Assembly (NCBI GenBank): GCA_964612055.1
Contig: CAZTBI010000002.1
Location: 80,296-144,295, forward strand
Direction: 5' to 3'
Source of the DNA: an uncultured Bdellovibrionales bacterium
Lineage (GTDB): Bacteria; Patescibacteriota; Minisyncoccia; Moranbacterales; UBA1568
Length of the DNA stretch: 64,000 nt
The position numbers and the translations under genes are program-made. The notes beneath the pieces were generated by a model. That model made no database searches, was not told the DNA's origin, and saw only the letters and a program-made list of their open reading frames with translations. This document shows positions 63,349 through 64,000 of the stretch, one piece after another (position 1 is the first letter of the stretch; the number at the start of each line of letters is the position of its first letter).

Positions 63349-63954
63349 ATGAACTGGTACTTGCAAGGTCTTGCGAGTGCCACGGAAGAGGCACTCCATC
63401 TGGTTGATAACGCAGTAGCTTTGGGAGATGATTCGAATTTCTCCTGTCCACTCCCTATTCCTCAAGAGGTGCGTGCGAACCTCGTGGTACTGTTGATTGA
63501 ATATATTTCTCTCGATGGAGCGCACCACTTTGGGCAACTAGTAGTCCACAAAGGTATCGAGCGTGCTGTCAGGGAAATCTTTGAAATCCTTCTCTTCCTC
63601 CGTTTCCCTATTGCCAACATGGCGCCCATTTCTTCTTACGGATGGAATGACGAAGCTTCGATGGCGGCGAACAACACCAGTGCTTTTAATTATCGGAACA
63701 TTGGTGGCGGTGACAGGGAGAGGCTCTCTTGGCATGCGTATGGATTAGCCATTGATATCAACCCACTTTTCAATCCTTGCCTGAAAGATGGAACGGCAGT
63801 TCCTTCGGGAGCCTTCTACCAACCACTGCGCCCAGGGACGATCACGGCCAATTCAGATATCGTGGCACTTTTCCGAGCCTATGGGTTTGAATGGGGTGGT
63901 GCCTGGGAAACTCCAAAAGATTACCAACACTTCCAGTTCCCGTATCAATTTTGA
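63349..63954 (+). CDS. Peptidase M15 family (VanY/D-Ala-D-Ala carboxypeptidase-like, LAS metallopeptidase)
   Basis: SWHAYGLAIDIN and DYQHF zinc-ligand motifs. Start at MNWYLQ, with GGAG SD upstream. Confidence 0.7.
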   Translation: MNWYLQGLASATEEALHLVDNAVALGDDSNFSCPLPIPQEVRANLVVLLIEYISLDGAHHFGQLVVHKGIERAVREIFEILLFLRFPIANMAPISSYGWNDEASMAANNTSAFNYRNIGGGDRERLSWHAYGLAIDINPLFNPCLKDGTAVPSGAFYQPLRPGTITANSDIVALFRAYGFEWGGAWETPKDYQHFQFPYQF

Positions 63955-64000
63955 AGGCGATCGTACTTCGGTCGTCTTTTTCTTTTTTTCCTTAGTATTG

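Noticed and set aside
1-64000. CRISPR arrays, transposases, integrases and toxin-antitoxin pairs
   Set aside because: No short regularly spaced direct repeats. No DDE, tyrosine or serine recombinase-like ORFs were found in any frame. The only large repeat is the 925-bp tandem gene duplication.

Overview
This 64 kb chromosomal window comes from a moderate-GC (about 48-50%) bacterium with a monoderm/CPR-like gene repertoire; the taxon assignment is an inference. Supporting genes are a class A PBP, FemAB, MurE, LytR_C-domain proteins, a dnaG-rpoD pair and an rpoD with a lysine-rich tail.

Core content is DNA metabolism and housekeeping: ruvC, yebC, ruvB, ruvA, polA, mutM, holA, dnaG, rpoD, tsaE, rpsT, pyk, malic enzyme, mscL, htpX, lemA and tRNA-Ser(GGA).

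Accessory content, in window order:
1. A three-gene minus-strand operon (1247-4400): a 7TM membrane protein, an alpha-L-glutamate-ligase-like ATP-grasp fused to a retropepsin-like (DTGA) domain, and a second ATP-grasp. I read this as a predicted peptide/amino-acid ligase 'tagging' system with no biochemical characterisation.
2. A candidate ~235-nt rod-like structured sRNA (7847-8080) with a consensus sigma70 promoter and intrinsic terminator, sitting between ruvB and a pilB-like ATPase.
3. Three GC-rich orphan genes (22406-, 25943+, 28283+), each driven by the same promoter module TTGAC[AT]-N9-TTTAGGTGTAT[AT]A[AT].
4. A GC-rich orphan gene (P2) plus an HxlR / FMN-reductase / pirin module next to tRNA-Ser, with a degenerate 3' tRNA direct repeat.
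5. A type IV pilus locus: sensor pair, orphan receiver, PilB, PilC, four pseudopilins, a PilM-like protein and the major pilin.
6. A csc-like cell-surface cluster: two WxL-like secreted proteins (W replaced by V/F), three DUF916-like membrane-anchored paralogs of which two carry a 925-bp 100%-identical tandem duplication, and a 2473-aa giant surface protein with a LamG-like domain, internal repeats and an acidic tail.

No CRISPR array, transposase or integrase was seen.
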